DNA from: an uncultured Deinococcaceae bacterium | GTDB lineage: Bacteria; Deinococcota; Deinococci; Deinococcales; Deinococcaceae | DNA length: 64,000 nucleotides | Reading direction: 5' to 3' | NCBI GenBank assembly: GCA_964252075.1 | Contig: CAXULY010000021.1 | Span: 24,310 to 88,309, forward strand | Shown: one piece after another, positions 48,087 through 58,050 of the stretch | Position numbering within the stretch: position 1 is the stretch's first letter | Layout of the letters: the number at the start of each line of letters is the position of its first letter | Notes under the pieces: model-generated | Told to the model about the DNA's origin: nothing | Database searches by the model: none | What the model saw: only the letters and a program-made list of their open reading frames with translations | Translations under genes and position numbers: made by a program

Positions 48087-49148
48087 ATGAGCCGCTACCC
48101 GAAGTCGTTTGACCAAAGCCTGGGCGACCTCGCCCGCTCCCTGTGGGGCGACCTGGGTAGGCAGCCGGACCTCGTGGAGGGCAGCGACCTGCGCAGCATC
48201 CTCGAAGCGGTGGCGTTCCAGGTGGCGGACCTCAGTTACCGCCAGGAGGCCGCCATTGACGCGGCGGTGCCGGAGGCCATCTACCGCGCGTTCGGCTTCG
48301 AGTTGCAGCAGGGCGTGAACGCGCAGGGCGTCCTCACGGTGACGCTCGCGGGGCCCCTGCCGTACGACACCACCATCCCGACGGGCAGCGAGGTGCTGAC
48401 GGACGGCGGCGTGAGCGCCCTCACGACCGCGGAGCTCACCATCGCGGCGGGGCAGGTGTCGGGCACCGTGACGGCCCTCTCGGCGCAGCCGGGCGCCGCG
48501 GGGAACGTGCCGGCGCTGGCGTTCCGGCGCTTCGCGTTCACGGTGCCGGGTGTGTCGGGTGTGACGAATCCGCAGGCCTTCGCGGGCGGGCGGGACGTGG
48601 AAACCCTCACGGAGCAGCAGGACCGCTTCATTGCGTTCCTCGTGTCGCTCGACGCGTCCAGCGAGGGCGGCCTCGCGGAGCTGCTGCTGCGCACCACGCT
48701 GAACGGCGAGTCGCTCACCGCGTGCCGCGTCGTGGACGGCACGGAGGACCCCAGCATTCCGCCGGGGCGCTTCCTCGCGTACTGCTACCGCCCCGCGGGC
48801 ATCACGGACGCCTACCGGGACGCGCTGTGGCAGGTCATGCAGTCGCGCCGCGCGGCGGGCGCGCTGGGCGCCATCGTGCGCGTGACGCCCACGCCGGTGG
48901 ACGTGGTGGTGACGGTCGCGACGCGCCGCGCGGGCGTCGCGGTGGACCTCACGCGCGCCGCGCAGGCGTACTTCACCGCGCTGCCGTTCGGCGCGAAGGT
49001 CAGCTACGAGAACCTCATCACGGCCCTCACGACCAGCTCGCCGGACGTGCGGGAGGTGACGCTGGTGAGCCCGCCGGCGGACCTCATGGCGGCGACCGGG
49101 CAGCACTACCGGCTGGGGGACGTGCAGGTGAGTGAGGTGCTGCTGTGA
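48087..49148 (+). CDS. Baseplate J-like protein
   Basis: GSDLRSILEAVA, PGAAGNV and VTNP.AF.GG.D.E motifs. Confidence 0.9.
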   Translation: MSRYPKSFDQSLGDLARSLWGDLGRQPDLVEGSDLRSILEAVAFQVADLSYRQEAAIDAAVPEAIYRAFGFELQQGVNAQGVLTVTLAGPLPYDTTIPTGSEVLTDGGVSALTTAELTIAAGQVSGTVTALSAQPGAAGNVPALAFRRFAFTVPGVSGVTNPQAFAGGRDVETLTEQQDRFIAFLVSLDASSEGGLAELLLRTTLNGESLTACRVVDGTEDPSIPPGRFLAYCYRPAGITDAYRDALWQVMQSRRAAGALGAIVRVTPTPVDVVVTVATRRAGVAVDLTRAAQAYFTALPFGAKVSYENLITALTTSSPDVREVTLVSPPADLMAATGQHYRLGDVQVSEVLL

Positions 49149-50605
49149 CGACCACGGTGAGCGTCGCGCGCGGCCTCACGGTGCCGCTGGGGGACGGCGT
49201 GCGCGCCGTGCGGGTGCGCGCCAGCGGCAGCCCCGTGGACGGCGCGAGCCGCAGCGCCTTTTGGGTGGGCCGCGCGGCCCTCGCGCCCCAGTCGCCCGCC
49301 GTGCTGGTGCAGCCGCTCGGTGAGGGCGAGGTGGTGGCGCTGCCCAGCGCGCCCCTGACGGCTGAGGGCCTGCCGCTGGCGCAGGTGGGCGCGGACGGCT
49401 TCACGCGCGTGGGCGCGGGCAAGGTGCCGACGACCGAGCTGGGCCTCCGCGCGAACGCGCCGCTGAACGGCCTCGCGCTGTTCCTGGACAGCCGCGACCT
49501 GCTGAACGCCGCGGGGCACGGCACGGCCGTCACGGTGGTGATCGAGGTGTGGCGCGACGCCGACGCGCTGGAGGTCATCACGCGCGACGTGCGGATCTCG
49601 TTCACGCGCCCGACGGGCGTCGCCACGTACCTCATCGCGGCGAACGGCTCCTACCTGACCCTCACGGGCGTCACGGACGACGCCCTCACGTACCGCGTGA
49701 CGTTCCGCGACGGCACGACCGCCGAGGGCCTCATCGAGGACCGCCCGGAGGGCGTGACGTTCCTCGCGGGCGACCGCTCCCCGGTGTCGGTGGAGCTGCT
49801 GGACGACGCGCTCAGCACCAGCGGCAACATCCTGGTGCGCGTGTCGCGCGAGCGGCCCGCCACGAGCCCCACGAACGCCCTGAGCGCGTGGCCGCTCCCC
49901 CCGTACCTGGACCCAACGAAACCGAACCTCGCGGCGCTGCTGCGCGCGTTCTCGGTGGCGCTCCAGATCGGCGCGGACGACGCGGGCGACGCGCTGGACG
50001 TGACGCGCGCGCAGGGCGCGGACGTGGACCGCGTGGCGCGCTACTTCGGCGTGTACCGCCTGCCGGGCGAGCGGGACGCGGAACTCGCGACGCGCGTGCA
50101 GGGCGCGCTGTTCCCCAATAAGCAGAGCCCCGCGGGCATGAGCGCCTGGCTCGCCACGCAGGGCGCGCCCGGCGCGGTCGTCGAAGACCTCGGCACCCTG
50201 CTGGGCCGCAACCCCTACATGCTGAACGGGGAGTGGCGCCTGGACGGCACCGTGAGCCTCGGCAGCCGCAGCGTGAAGGGCGTGGACCGCCCCGGCGTGT
50301 TCAACGTGCGCTTCGACACCGCGCCGCCGATTGGCTGGGAGAAGGTGCGCGCGCTGGTGGACCGCGCGGCGAGCGCCGGCATGATCGGGCGCATCGTGCA
50401 CACGAACGACACGCAGGCGAGCGTGCTGGGCCGCAGCCGCGCGGACCTCACGGCGCGCGCCCGCAGCGCCGTCGCGGCGCCCACGTACGGCGTGCGCCTC
50501 ACCGTCACGAGTTCCCGCCTGCAGCTCAACGGGCGGTGGGACCTCACGGGCGCGCAGGAGATTGACAGTGACCGCAACGGCCCGCCCACGGTGGACGTGT
50601 ACTGA
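49145..50605 (+). CDS. Baseplate wedge protein (gpI-like C-terminal half)
   Basis: AQGADVDRVARYFGVYRLPGERDAELATR motif; follows gpJ. Confidence 0.7.
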   Translation: MTTTVSVARGLTVPLGDGVRAVRVRASGSPVDGASRSAFWVGRAALAPQSPAVLVQPLGEGEVVALPSAPLTAEGLPLAQVGADGFTRVGAGKVPTTELGLRANAPLNGLALFLDSRDLLNAAGHGTAVTVVIEVWRDADALEVITRDVRISFTRPTGVATYLIAANGSYLTLTGVTDDALTYRVTFRDGTTAEGLIEDRPEGVTFLAGDRSPVSVELLDDALSTSGNILVRVSRERPATSPTNALSAWPLPPYLDPTKPNLAALLRAFSVALQIGADDAGDALDVTRAQGADVDRVARYFGVYRLPGERDAELATRVQGALFPNKQSPAGMSAWLATQGAPGAVVEDLGTLLGRNPYMLNGEWRLDGTVSLGSRSVKGVDRPGVFNVRFDTAPPIGWEKVRALVDRAASAGMIGRIVHTNDTQASVLGRSRADLTARARSAVAAPTYGVRLTVTSSRLQLNGRWDLTGAQEIDSDRNGPPTVDVY

Positions 50606-50647
50606 GCGCCGCGCCTGACCCCCCGCGCGCGGCGCGACCATGCACGC

Positions 50648-51034
50648 ATGGACTACCGCATGACGCAGGCGTACCAGTTGCGGGTCGCCAAAACCATCAT
50701 GAACGAGGTGGGGGCGGGCAGCCTCAAGCCCGCGACGGTCGTGCTGGGGGACGGCGCGTACGACGCCGCCACCTTCACGGTGCGCCCGCCCGCCGAGACG
50801 ATGTACCACCCCACCACCAACGTGCCGGCGCAGGTGGCGCGCGCGGGCGGCGGCGTGAGCGCGCACGCGGAGCTGCCCGGCGACGGGGACCTCACGTACA
50901 TCAACGAGGTGGGCCTCCTCACGGATGACGGGCTCCTCATCCTGCACCGCACGTTCGCGCCGCAACCCCTGGTGAGCGGCATGTCGCTCGCGCTGGACTT
51001 CATCCTCAACCCGGAAGCGCTGGCGCTCGCATGA
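50648..51034 (+). CDS. Tail fibre attachment/collar-like protein
   Basis: LGDG...INEVGLL..DG motif. Confidence 0.65.
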   Translation: MDYRMTQAYQLRVAKTIMNEVGAGSLKPATVVLGDGAYDAATFTVRPPAETMYHPTTNVPAQVARAGGGVSAHAELPGDGDLTYINEVGLLTDDGLLILHRTFAPQPLVSGMSLALDFILNPEALALA

Positions 51035-51495
51035 TCGGGGACCCCACCGCCGAGTTCTCCTACGCGCTGCGCGACCTGCAAGAAACCGACCTCGCGCTGC
51101 CCGAAACGTGGGACCCGCAGCTCCAAGCGCTGCTGAACAACGACGCCATCCTGAAGCGCGCCGTGGACCGCCTGCTGAACCCCGGCCTCATGCTGGGCCT
51201 CACGGGCGGCGACGACCGCCGCGTGCTATACGTGAAGTCCGACGGGACGTGCGCGAACTTCGACCCCGTGACGGCCAGCGCGCCCATCGCCTCCTTCGTG
51301 AAGGTGGACGGCGCGTACTACGGCCCCAACAACTACGCGCCCGTGGGCAACCTGCAAATGGAAACCGCGTACTTCGCGGGCGCGGACGGCGTGCTCACCA
51401 CGATTCCCCCCACGCAGGGCGAACGCATCTTCGTCGGCGTGGCCGCCTCGCCCACCCACCTGCAGGTGCGCCTGCTGCCCCTGTACCGGAGGTAA
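51031..51495 (+). CDS. Tail-associated protein
   Basis: LLNND motif, coupling. Confidence 0.5.
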   Translation: MIGDPTAEFSYALRDLQETDLALPETWDPQLQALLNNDAILKRAVDRLLNPGLMLGLTGGDDRRVLYVKSDGTCANFDPVTASAPIASFVKVDGAYYGPNNYAPVGNLQMETAYFAGADGVLTTIPPTQGERIFVGVAASPTHLQVRLLPLYRR

Positions 51496-51498
51496 GGC

Positions 51499-52647
51499 AT
51501 GCAACTCGGCATCACCCACCAGATCAACGGCCTCGCGGTCGCGCTTCAGGCGCAGGGCGAGGCGCTGAACCCCTCGTGGAACTACGGGGACGGCACCGCC
51601 GCGGCCACTGGCTTCAGCGTCACGCACACCTACGCGCAGGCCGGCACGTACACCGTCACGCTCACGATGACGGACCCCACGAACAGCGCCACCACGCAGC
51701 AGGTCACGGAGAGCATCACGGTCGGCGCGGGCATCGTGTCGCAGGGCAGCAGCGGCGCGACCGTCGCGGTCGTGCGCCCGAACGGCTTTTTGGGCGTGGG
51801 CTTCGACGTGCAGAAGGCGATTTTCACGGGCGCCACCAGCGGCCCCGGCAGCCTCGCCGTCACGACGCGCGCGGACGTGACGCTCACGCTGACCGGCCCG
51901 AGCAACTACGCGCAGCAGAAAAGCGGCCCCAGCGCGACGTTCGACACGCTCGCGGCGGGCGAGTACAGCCTCGCGTGCAAACTCGCGGACGGCACGCTGC
52001 TGCGCACGTACGCCGTCACCATCCTGCCCGGCCAGAACCGCACGATTGTCACGGCGTTCGCGAAGCTCATCGTGCAGGCGCAGAAGACCGGCGAGACGTA
52101 CACGGGCACGCCCATCTACCAGGGCTTCAGCATTGACCAGATCCTCGTGCGGCCCTCGAACGCCAACTACTACACGCCGCCCGGCCCGCAGGGCTCCGAC
52201 CCGCACTACCAGACCGTGAACGGGCGCGGCACCTACACCTTTGACCCCATCCCGGCCGGTCAGTACCGCATCAACACCACCATGTTCAACGGCAGCGCCA
52301 TCGTGCACCCCACGTATGACGTGACGGTGGACGAGGGCGGCACCATGACCGTCACGGCGGGCACCACCACGGTGTCCCCGAACACCGGGCGCCTCATCGT
52401 GCAGACGGGCCTGCCAGGCGTCGAGGTGAACCTCACCGCCGCGAACAGCAACGGGCAGGCCGGCACGTACACGCCCACCGTGACGGGCGCGGACGGCAGC
52501 GCGACCTTCAACCTGACCTTCGGCGGCGCGAGCAGCATCAGCGGCAGCGCGCGTGCGGTCAAGAACGGGTATGTCACGTCCACCCTGAACTTCCAGGTGC
52601 TCTCCGGGCAGACGCAGACCCTCACGTTCACGATGCGCGCCGGCTGA
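51499..52647 (+). CDS. PKD/Ig-like domain virion protein
   Basis: WNYGDG...HTYAQAGTYTVTLT PKD signature; Thr-rich beta-sandwich repeats. Confidence 0.8.
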   Translation: MQLGITHQINGLAVALQAQGEALNPSWNYGDGTAAATGFSVTHTYAQAGTYTVTLTMTDPTNSATTQQVTESITVGAGIVSQGSSGATVAVVRPNGFLGVGFDVQKAIFTGATSGPGSLAVTTRADVTLTLTGPSNYAQQKSGPSATFDTLAAGEYSLACKLADGTLLRTYAVTILPGQNRTIVTAFAKLIVQAQKTGETYTGTPIYQGFSIDQILVRPSNANYYTPPGPQGSDPHYQTVNGRGTYTFDPIPAGQYRINTTMFNGSAIVHPTYDVTVDEGGTMTVTAGTTTVSPNTGRLIVQTGLPGVEVNLTAANSNGQAGTYTPTVTGADGSATFNLTFGGASSISGSARAVKNGYVTSTLNFQVLSGQTQTLTFTMRAG

Positions 52648-52704
52648 GCCGCGCCCCCCGAGCGCCCGCGCGGACACCCCGCGCGGGCGCTCACCGTTGG
52701 CGGC

Positions 52705-53724
52705 ATGGCACCCCTCTTGGACCTCGCGACGAAGCTGTGGACTACCACCATCTTCAAATTGCGCCTCGCGCAGCTCGTGACGGACGGCGCCGCGGACGGC
52801 GACGTGCCGACCTACCAGGATGGCGTGGTGGCGTGGCGCCCGCCGCAGGGCGGCGGCGTCACGCTGGAGCAGGTGCAGGACGCGGTGGCGAACCTCGTCA
52901 AGCCCGGCAGCAACGTGGACGTGACGTACGACGACGACGCGGGCACCCTCACCATCTCCAGCACGGGCGGCGGGAGCGGCATCGAGCCCTTCCCGTACAC
53001 CGGCCTGTACCCGGCGGTGCTGTTCACGCCGACCACCACGACGGGCGAGCTGGACGTGCGCTGGAGCGAGAGCGACCAGGGCGCGAACGCCGGCTCGTTC
53101 GTGCTGTTCGGCTTCCAACCCGGCCAGGAGAACACCGTGTCGGGCTACGCAATGGTCGTGGCGAACGAGGACCACATCCCACCGGGCGCGTTCGCGGTGG
53201 TGGCGGACGGCCAGAGCCCCCCGCGCATGGCGTACCGCGACGCGAACGGCACCGTCAGCACGCTGGGTGGGGGCCTGAGCGTCACGGTGGGCGCGGACGG
53301 CTACGCGCACTTCGAGGAGGGCGGCGGTGGGAGCGGCGGGAGCGGTGGGGGCACGCCGAGTCGCGCCACGGCGACGTACACCACCGGCCTGCTGAACGAC
53401 GGCGCGACCGAAGTGGGCGAAGTGCCGCTTGGGAAGGGCTACCGCCTCTACAACCTCACGGCGACCAGTGCGGCGTGGGTGCGCGTGTACCTGGACGCGC
53501 AGGCGCGCAGCGACGACGCGAACCGCAGCGTGAACACCGACCCCGGCCCGAACGACGGCGTGGTGGCCGAGATGATCGGCACCAACGCGCGCTACGCCAG
53601 CAGCACGGCGGGCTGGGACGCCAAGGGCACGCCGGACGGCCACATCCCCATCAGCGTCACCAACCGCAGCGGCGCACCCGCCGCCATCACCCTGACCTTT
53701 CTCTACATCAGCCAGGAGGCTTGA
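52705..53724 (+). CDS. Putative tail fibre/baseplate appendage protein
   Basis: Late motif; EQVQDAVA...VTYDDDAGTL and Gly linkers. Confidence 0.55.
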   Translation: MAPLLDLATKLWTTTIFKLRLAQLVTDGAADGDVPTYQDGVVAWRPPQGGGVTLEQVQDAVANLVKPGSNVDVTYDDDAGTLTISSTGGGSGIEPFPYTGLYPAVLFTPTTTTGELDVRWSESDQGANAGSFVLFGFQPGQENTVSGYAMVVANEDHIPPGAFAVVADGQSPPRMAYRDANGTVSTLGGGLSVTVGADGYAHFEEGGGGSGGSGGGTPSRATATYTTGLLNDGATEVGEVPLGKGYRLYNLTATSAAWVRVYLDAQARSDDANRSVNTDPGPNDGVVAEMIGTNARYASSTAGWDAKGTPDGHIPISVTNRSGAPAAITLTFLYISQEA

Positions 53725-53726
53725 GC

Positions 53727-54590
53727 ATGAGTGTCTACACCAGCATCCACACCCGCGCGCAGAACAGCGGCGGCACCAGCACCGACAACTGCAAAGCCTT
53801 CGTGCAGGAGATTGACGCGCGCCTCACGCAGGCGGGCTGGACGCGCACCTGGGCGAACAACGACTTCTCGCAGGGCGGCACGCTGCCCGCGATGGCGTAC
53901 CTGATGCCGCAGGCGGGCCTCACGAACCGCTGGGCGGTGCGCTTCGACTTCAGCATCGCGGGCGGTGGCTCCGTGGACATGGCCGTGACGACCGGCAAGG
54001 CGGTGGACGGTGCGGGCGTGGTCGCGGGCGCGTCACCCGCGCGCGGCCTCCTGACCCTCGTGCCCGGCGCGGGCGGCAACGACACCGTGGTTGTCGCCAG
54101 CGAGTACGGCTTCGCCACCGTGATGTGGTGCAACGGCAGCTTCCCCAGCTTCCTGGCGGTGGAGCGGCGCCGCAACATCTCGAACACCTACACCGACGAC
54201 CTGCTGGTGGCGGGCACCGCCTTCAGCGGCAGCGGGACGGGCTGGGTGAGCAACAACGGCGTCCGCAACATCGTCCGCAACTGGACGGTCGGGGAGTACG
54301 CCGAGCAGGGCATGGCGTACCTCGCGGGCGCCCAGAACGCCGTCAGCTACACGCCCAGCACCCTGAGCACCTCGGACGGCAACGTGGGCTACCCGATGGG
54401 ACTCTTCAGCACCTCGGGCGGCCTGGGCGGCGCGCTGCGGCTGGTGCAGGTGTGGGCGACCGGGGACGCCGTGCCGGGCGCCGACCAGAGCATCGAGGTG
54501 GACGGCGCGAGCCGGTTGTACTACTGCCTCAACGTGGACAACGTAGCGGGCTTCCCAGCCAGCGTGCGCCTGCTGGTGGCGAGGCAGTAA
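53727..54590 (+). CDS. Putative virion structural protein
   Basis: SD AGGAGG; Gly/Ser/Thr-rich beta protein. Confidence 0.55.
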   Translation: MSVYTSIHTRAQNSGGTSTDNCKAFVQEIDARLTQAGWTRTWANNDFSQGGTLPAMAYLMPQAGLTNRWAVRFDFSIAGGGSVDMAVTTGKAVDGAGVVAGASPARGLLTLVPGAGGNDTVVVASEYGFATVMWCNGSFPSFLAVERRRNISNTYTDDLLVAGTAFSGSGTGWVSNNGVRNIVRNWTVGEYAEQGMAYLAGAQNAVSYTPSTLSTSDGNVGYPMGLFSTSGGLGGALRLVQVWATGDAVPGADQSIEVDGASRLYYCLNVDNVAGFPASVRLLVARQ

Positions 54591-54760
54591 TGGCCGCGCC
54601 GACGCTGGGCAAGGCGGACGACTTCGCGGCGGGCCTCGCGCAGGGCGTGCGCTTCCCCGAGAAGTTCAGGCAGGCCACGGGCACCGTGGCCGTCACCGAG
54701 GACAAGACCACGCGCCCCCAGAGCGGGGCGGCGTGGCCCCGTCAGGTCGCGGGGCGCTGA
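54590..54760 (+). CDS. Small 56-aa protein
   Basis: TAATG coupling. Confidence 0.45.
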   Translation: MAAPTLGKADDFAAGLAQGVRFPEKFRQATGTVAVTEDKTTRPQSGAAWPRQVAGR

Positions 54761-54779
54761 GCACGAAAGGAATGCGAGC

Positions 54780-56327
54780 ATGATTGACACCCCCACGAAA
54801 GCGCAGCACGAGGCCCTCATCGCCCGCGTCACGACCATTGAGCAGAACCCCGCGCCGCAGGGGCAGAGCGCGTACGAGGTCGCCGTCGCGGGCGGCTTCA
54901 CCGGCACGCCCGCGCAGTGGTTGGCGAGCCTGGAAGGCGCGGACGGCCGGAGCGCCTACCAGTCCGCCGTGGCGGGCGGCTTCAGCGGCACCGAAGCGCA
55001 GTGGGTGGCGAGCCTGGAGGGGCCGGACGGCAAGAGCGCGTACCAGTCCGCCGTCGCGCTGGGCTTCAGCGGCACCGAAGCGGCGTGGGTGGCGAGCCTG
55101 AAGGGCGCGGGCTTCGTGGACCGCGGCCCATGGGCGCCCGGCACGGTGTTCGCGCTGGGCGACTACACCTCCTACCAGGGCGCGTTCTACAGCACGCTGA
55201 CGCCCCACACGGCGACCGCGACGTTTGACGCCACGAAGTTCGTCAACCGCCTCCAGCCGCCCGACCCGTACATCGTGCCGGCGAGCGCGGGGCTGGACCA
55301 CAGCGGCGTCGCGAACGACCGCTTCTGCTGCCTGCTGCCGGGCAGCAAGGTCCTCAAGGAGGCGCAGCCGTGGACGTACGACCTCAAGGACGCGGTGTTC
55401 TACTACAAGGACTCCCTGGGGAACCTGTGGCGCCGCGGCGCGCCGAGCATCACGGTGCCGGGCGCGACGTTCACGCCGGGCGCGCGCGGCGTGCTGATTG
55501 ACAAGACCAGCCTCACCGCACCGAATTACGCCGCGTACCTGGCGAGCGCCATCCCGGCGAACCTGCAACTCGCGGTGATGCGCCCCTACAAGGAGCTGTT
55601 CATCGCGACGAGCGCCACGACGTTCGAGTTCAGCGACGCCTCCACGCAGATTGTGGATGGGTCCAGCGTGGCGGCCATCACGGACAACCTGAGCAGCTAC
55701 GCGGTCGCGCAGACGGGCGTGCTCACCGCGACCTTCGATGTGCCGTACCGCGCGCTGGTGGACCCGCTGCTCGTCGGCAGCGACACCAATTACCCCGGCG
55801 GCGTGTTCGGGAAGATGAAGTGCGGCACCAGCGGCAGCGAGCGCTACGCCGTGACGCGCACGAACACCGCGGGCACGTTGGACGGCGAGGTGCTGGAAAT
55901 CATCGAGAACGACACGGGCACCATCGGGTACCTCGGGTGGATGGCCCGCGTGAGCGGCGCGCAGGGCTCGGAAACCAACATCCGCATGCAGCTGGACACG
56001 TCCGGCCTCACGTTCGTCACCACCCTGAATGGCTCCGCGAACACCGTGAAGAACGCGACGGGCGGGAACCTCACGAACACCAGCGTGAAGCTCGTGCAGG
56101 GCACGCTCTACTGGGGGCGCTTCCGCTTCGAGGGCACCAAGCTGCGCGGCAAGGTGTGGGTGGTGGGCACGCCTGAGCCGGACGCGTGGATGCTGGAAGG
56201 CCTGCAGAACAGCGTCATGACGGCCGGCAAGGTCGGCGTGGGCGCGAACGCCGGGTACATCAAGTTCGGCATGTTCTCGTTCGTCGCGAACGCCGACCCG
56301 GCACCGACGCCGGCGGTGGGCGCATGA
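54780..56327 (+). CDS. Tail fibre/receptor-binding protein
   Basis: Three GxSAY...GF.GT...W.ASL.G repeats, a CBM-like WAPGTVFALGD segment and a C-terminal beta-sandwich. Confidence 0.7.
   Translation: MIDTPTKAQHEALIARVTTIEQNPAPQGQSAYEVAVAGGFTGTPAQWLASLEGADGRSAYQSAVAGGFSGTEAQWVASLEGPDGKSAYQSAVALGFSGTEAAWVASLKGAGFVDRGPWAPGTVFALGDYTSYQGAFYSTLTPHTATATFDATKFVNRLQPPDPYIVPASAGLDHSGVANDRFCCLLPGSKVLKEAQPWTYDLKDAVFYYKDSLGNLWRRGAPSITVPGATFTPGARGVLIDKTSLTAPNYAAYLASAIPANLQLAVMRPYKELFIATSATTFEFSDASTQIVDGSSVAAITDNLSSYAVAQTGVLTATFDVPYRALVDPLLVGSDTNYPGGVFGKMKCGTSGSERYAVTRTNTAGTLDGEVLEIIENDTGTIGYLGWMARVSGAQGSETNIRMQLDTSGLTFVTTLNGSANTVKNATGGNLTNTSVKLVQGTLYWGRFRFEGTKLRGKVWVVGTPEPDAWMLEGLQNSVMTAGKVGVGANAGYIKFGMFSFVANADPAPTPAVGA
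54861..55112 (+). repeat. 3 x 84-bp in-frame tandem repeat
   Basis: 28-aa units GQSAYEVAVAGGFTGTPAQWLASLEGAD / GRSAYQ... / GKSAYQ... Confidence 0.85.
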
Positions 56328-57949
56328 GCAAGCCCAGCCTGTTCCTGCAACTGAACACCGCGGGCGCGTGGCCCGCGACGTTCTGGAAGGCGAACCCCGC
56401 GCAGGCGGTGAAGCGCGCGGGGCGGCGGTCGTACGTGAAGACCGCCGTGGACGACCCGCTCGCGCTGGTGTGGGACCCGACGCTCATGCGGGTGGTGGAG
56501 CTGCGCTCGTTCAGCAACATCATCATTGCGCCGCTGCCCGACGACCCCGGCGAGAACGCCAAGTGGGAGGACTGGGACGTGCTGCGCAAGGAACTCCTCG
56601 CGCACCAGAACGATACGGAGTGGGTGGTGAACGGCGGCACCAGGGGCCGGAATTTCAAGGTGAGCGACGCGAACCGCGCGGCGGGCAAGAACGGCCTCTA
56701 CATGCCGTACGACAGCGATTGCGTGTTCACGCTCCTGAACATCCGCGGCGTGGGGGCGCCGCAGGGCACGGACGGCACGGGCGCCACGTACCTGATCGGC
56801 GGGTACCGCTTCAAGCTCATCCTGGTGAACGCCCGCCTGGAAGTCGAGATGGCGTTCCTCGCGGACAAGAGCGCGGGGCGGCACATCAGCGCGGACGAGT
56901 GCAAGCGCTTCGAGGCGCACAACTGCACGTTCATCGGCGGGCGCGGCATCTACATCCGCGGGCACGACGGGCAGTGGAACGGGAACACCGCTGCGGGCGA
57001 CCGCATCGTGGTGGAGCAGTGCGATTTCATCAACCTGAACGGGTGCCGCAGCGACGGCGCGGGCAGTTACAAGAAGACCAACTGGGGCTACACGCACATC
57101 AAGAACACCACCCGCATCAACGGCGGCGGTGAGATTGGCTGGGAAGTCGCGAACGCCGTGCAGATCAACGAGTGCTGCAACATCGGCTCGCTGTCCGTCG
57201 CGCGCAACCGCATCATCGGGGAACTCGGCAAGATGCGCATTGAGGATGCGTTCTCGTGCGTGAACGGGTCCGGCTGCAAGGACGAGTCGAGCCGCGGGTA
57301 CTGGGAGGATAACGTCATCTGGAATCCGGGCGGGTGGGACTGGACGTACCAGCCGGGCGTGTCCCTCAGCTACAACGGCAGCAACCAGATCACGGCGGGC
57401 GCCACGAGCTTCCAGGACGTGACGAAGACCAGCTACAGCGGCACGTGCGGCCTGTGGGGCGACAACGCCCTCACGGACGTGTGGGCGAACAACACCGGGT
57501 ACATGACCATCCGGCGCAACGTGTGCTTCGGCTTCCGCGCCATCTTCTCGCAGCAGGCCGGGCACTACCTGATCTTCGACTCGAACGTGATGTACCTGTG
57601 CGACCGCGACCTGTTCACCGGCGTCCTGCTGCCGGGCGCGCAGGCCACCTTGCAGGTGTCCGACTACCGCAAGGCCACCGCGAGCGACACGAATACGCCC
57701 ATCTGGATGAACAACACGTACAGCAACAACATCATCTACAACCTCGCGGCGGGCTCAAACCCCAGCACGCAGAGCACGGACCTGCTGGACCCCAAGGAAG
57801 GCGGCAGCAACCGCAACGGCAGCCAGCCCATCAACAACCTCCGCATGATTCGCCCGGCGGACGGCGGCCTCGCCGCGTACAACGCCGCCATGGCGAACGC
57901 GCAGGGCGCCGGGTACAGCTACGGCACGTCCCTCCCCATCGCGGTCTAA
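56324..57949 (+). CDS. Putative beta-helix tailspike/depolymerase
   Basis: Recurring NCTF, RNRI, DNVI, RNVC, SNVM and NNII beta-helix-type turns; last gene of tail module. Confidence 0.6.
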   Translation: MSKPSLFLQLNTAGAWPATFWKANPAQAVKRAGRRSYVKTAVDDPLALVWDPTLMRVVELRSFSNIIIAPLPDDPGENAKWEDWDVLRKELLAHQNDTEWVVNGGTRGRNFKVSDANRAAGKNGLYMPYDSDCVFTLLNIRGVGAPQGTDGTGATYLIGGYRFKLILVNARLEVEMAFLADKSAGRHISADECKRFEAHNCTFIGGRGIYIRGHDGQWNGNTAAGDRIVVEQCDFINLNGCRSDGAGSYKKTNWGYTHIKNTTRINGGGEIGWEVANAVQINECCNIGSLSVARNRIIGELGKMRIEDAFSCVNGSGCKDESSRGYWEDNVIWNPGGWDWTYQPGVSLSYNGSNQITAGATSFQDVTKTSYSGTCGLWGDNALTDVWANNTGYMTIRRNVCFGFRAIFSQQAGHYLIFDSNVMYLCDRDLFTGVLLPGAQATLQVSDYRKATASDTNTPIWMNNTYSNNIIYNLAAGSNPSTQSTDLLDPKEGGSNRNGSQPINNLRMIRPADGGLAAYNAAMANAQGAGYSYGTSLPIAV

Positions 57950-57964
57950 CGCCTGCCCCGCCCC

Positions 57965-57992
57965 CGCCCCGGCCCGCGCGCCGGGGCGTTTT
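57965..57992 (+). terminator. Intrinsic terminator ending the structural region
   Basis: CGCCCCGGC/GCCGGGGCG + TTTT. Confidence 0.75.
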
Positions 57993-58050
57993 GGTGTGGC
58001 ACCACGTTGCCTTGTCACTTAAACTTTACAAAATTCGCTATAATGTCAGC

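Noticed and set aside
47613..48090. Track ORFs 47613..47846(-), 47448..47813(+) and 47866..48090(+)
   Set aside because: Low-complexity Arg/Ala/Pro translations without start signals; the two shorter minus-strand peptide ORFs have promoters and coherent architecture
34584..50605. Tailocin, eCIS or T6SS interpretation of the contractile module
   Set aside because: Capsid, scaffold, protease and neck genes are present under the same promoter motif
54861..55112. Tandem repeats as a possible CRISPR array or DGR template/variable repeat
   Set aside because: In-frame 28-aa fibre repeats with no spacers, no adenine-specific variation and no reverse transcriptase in the window
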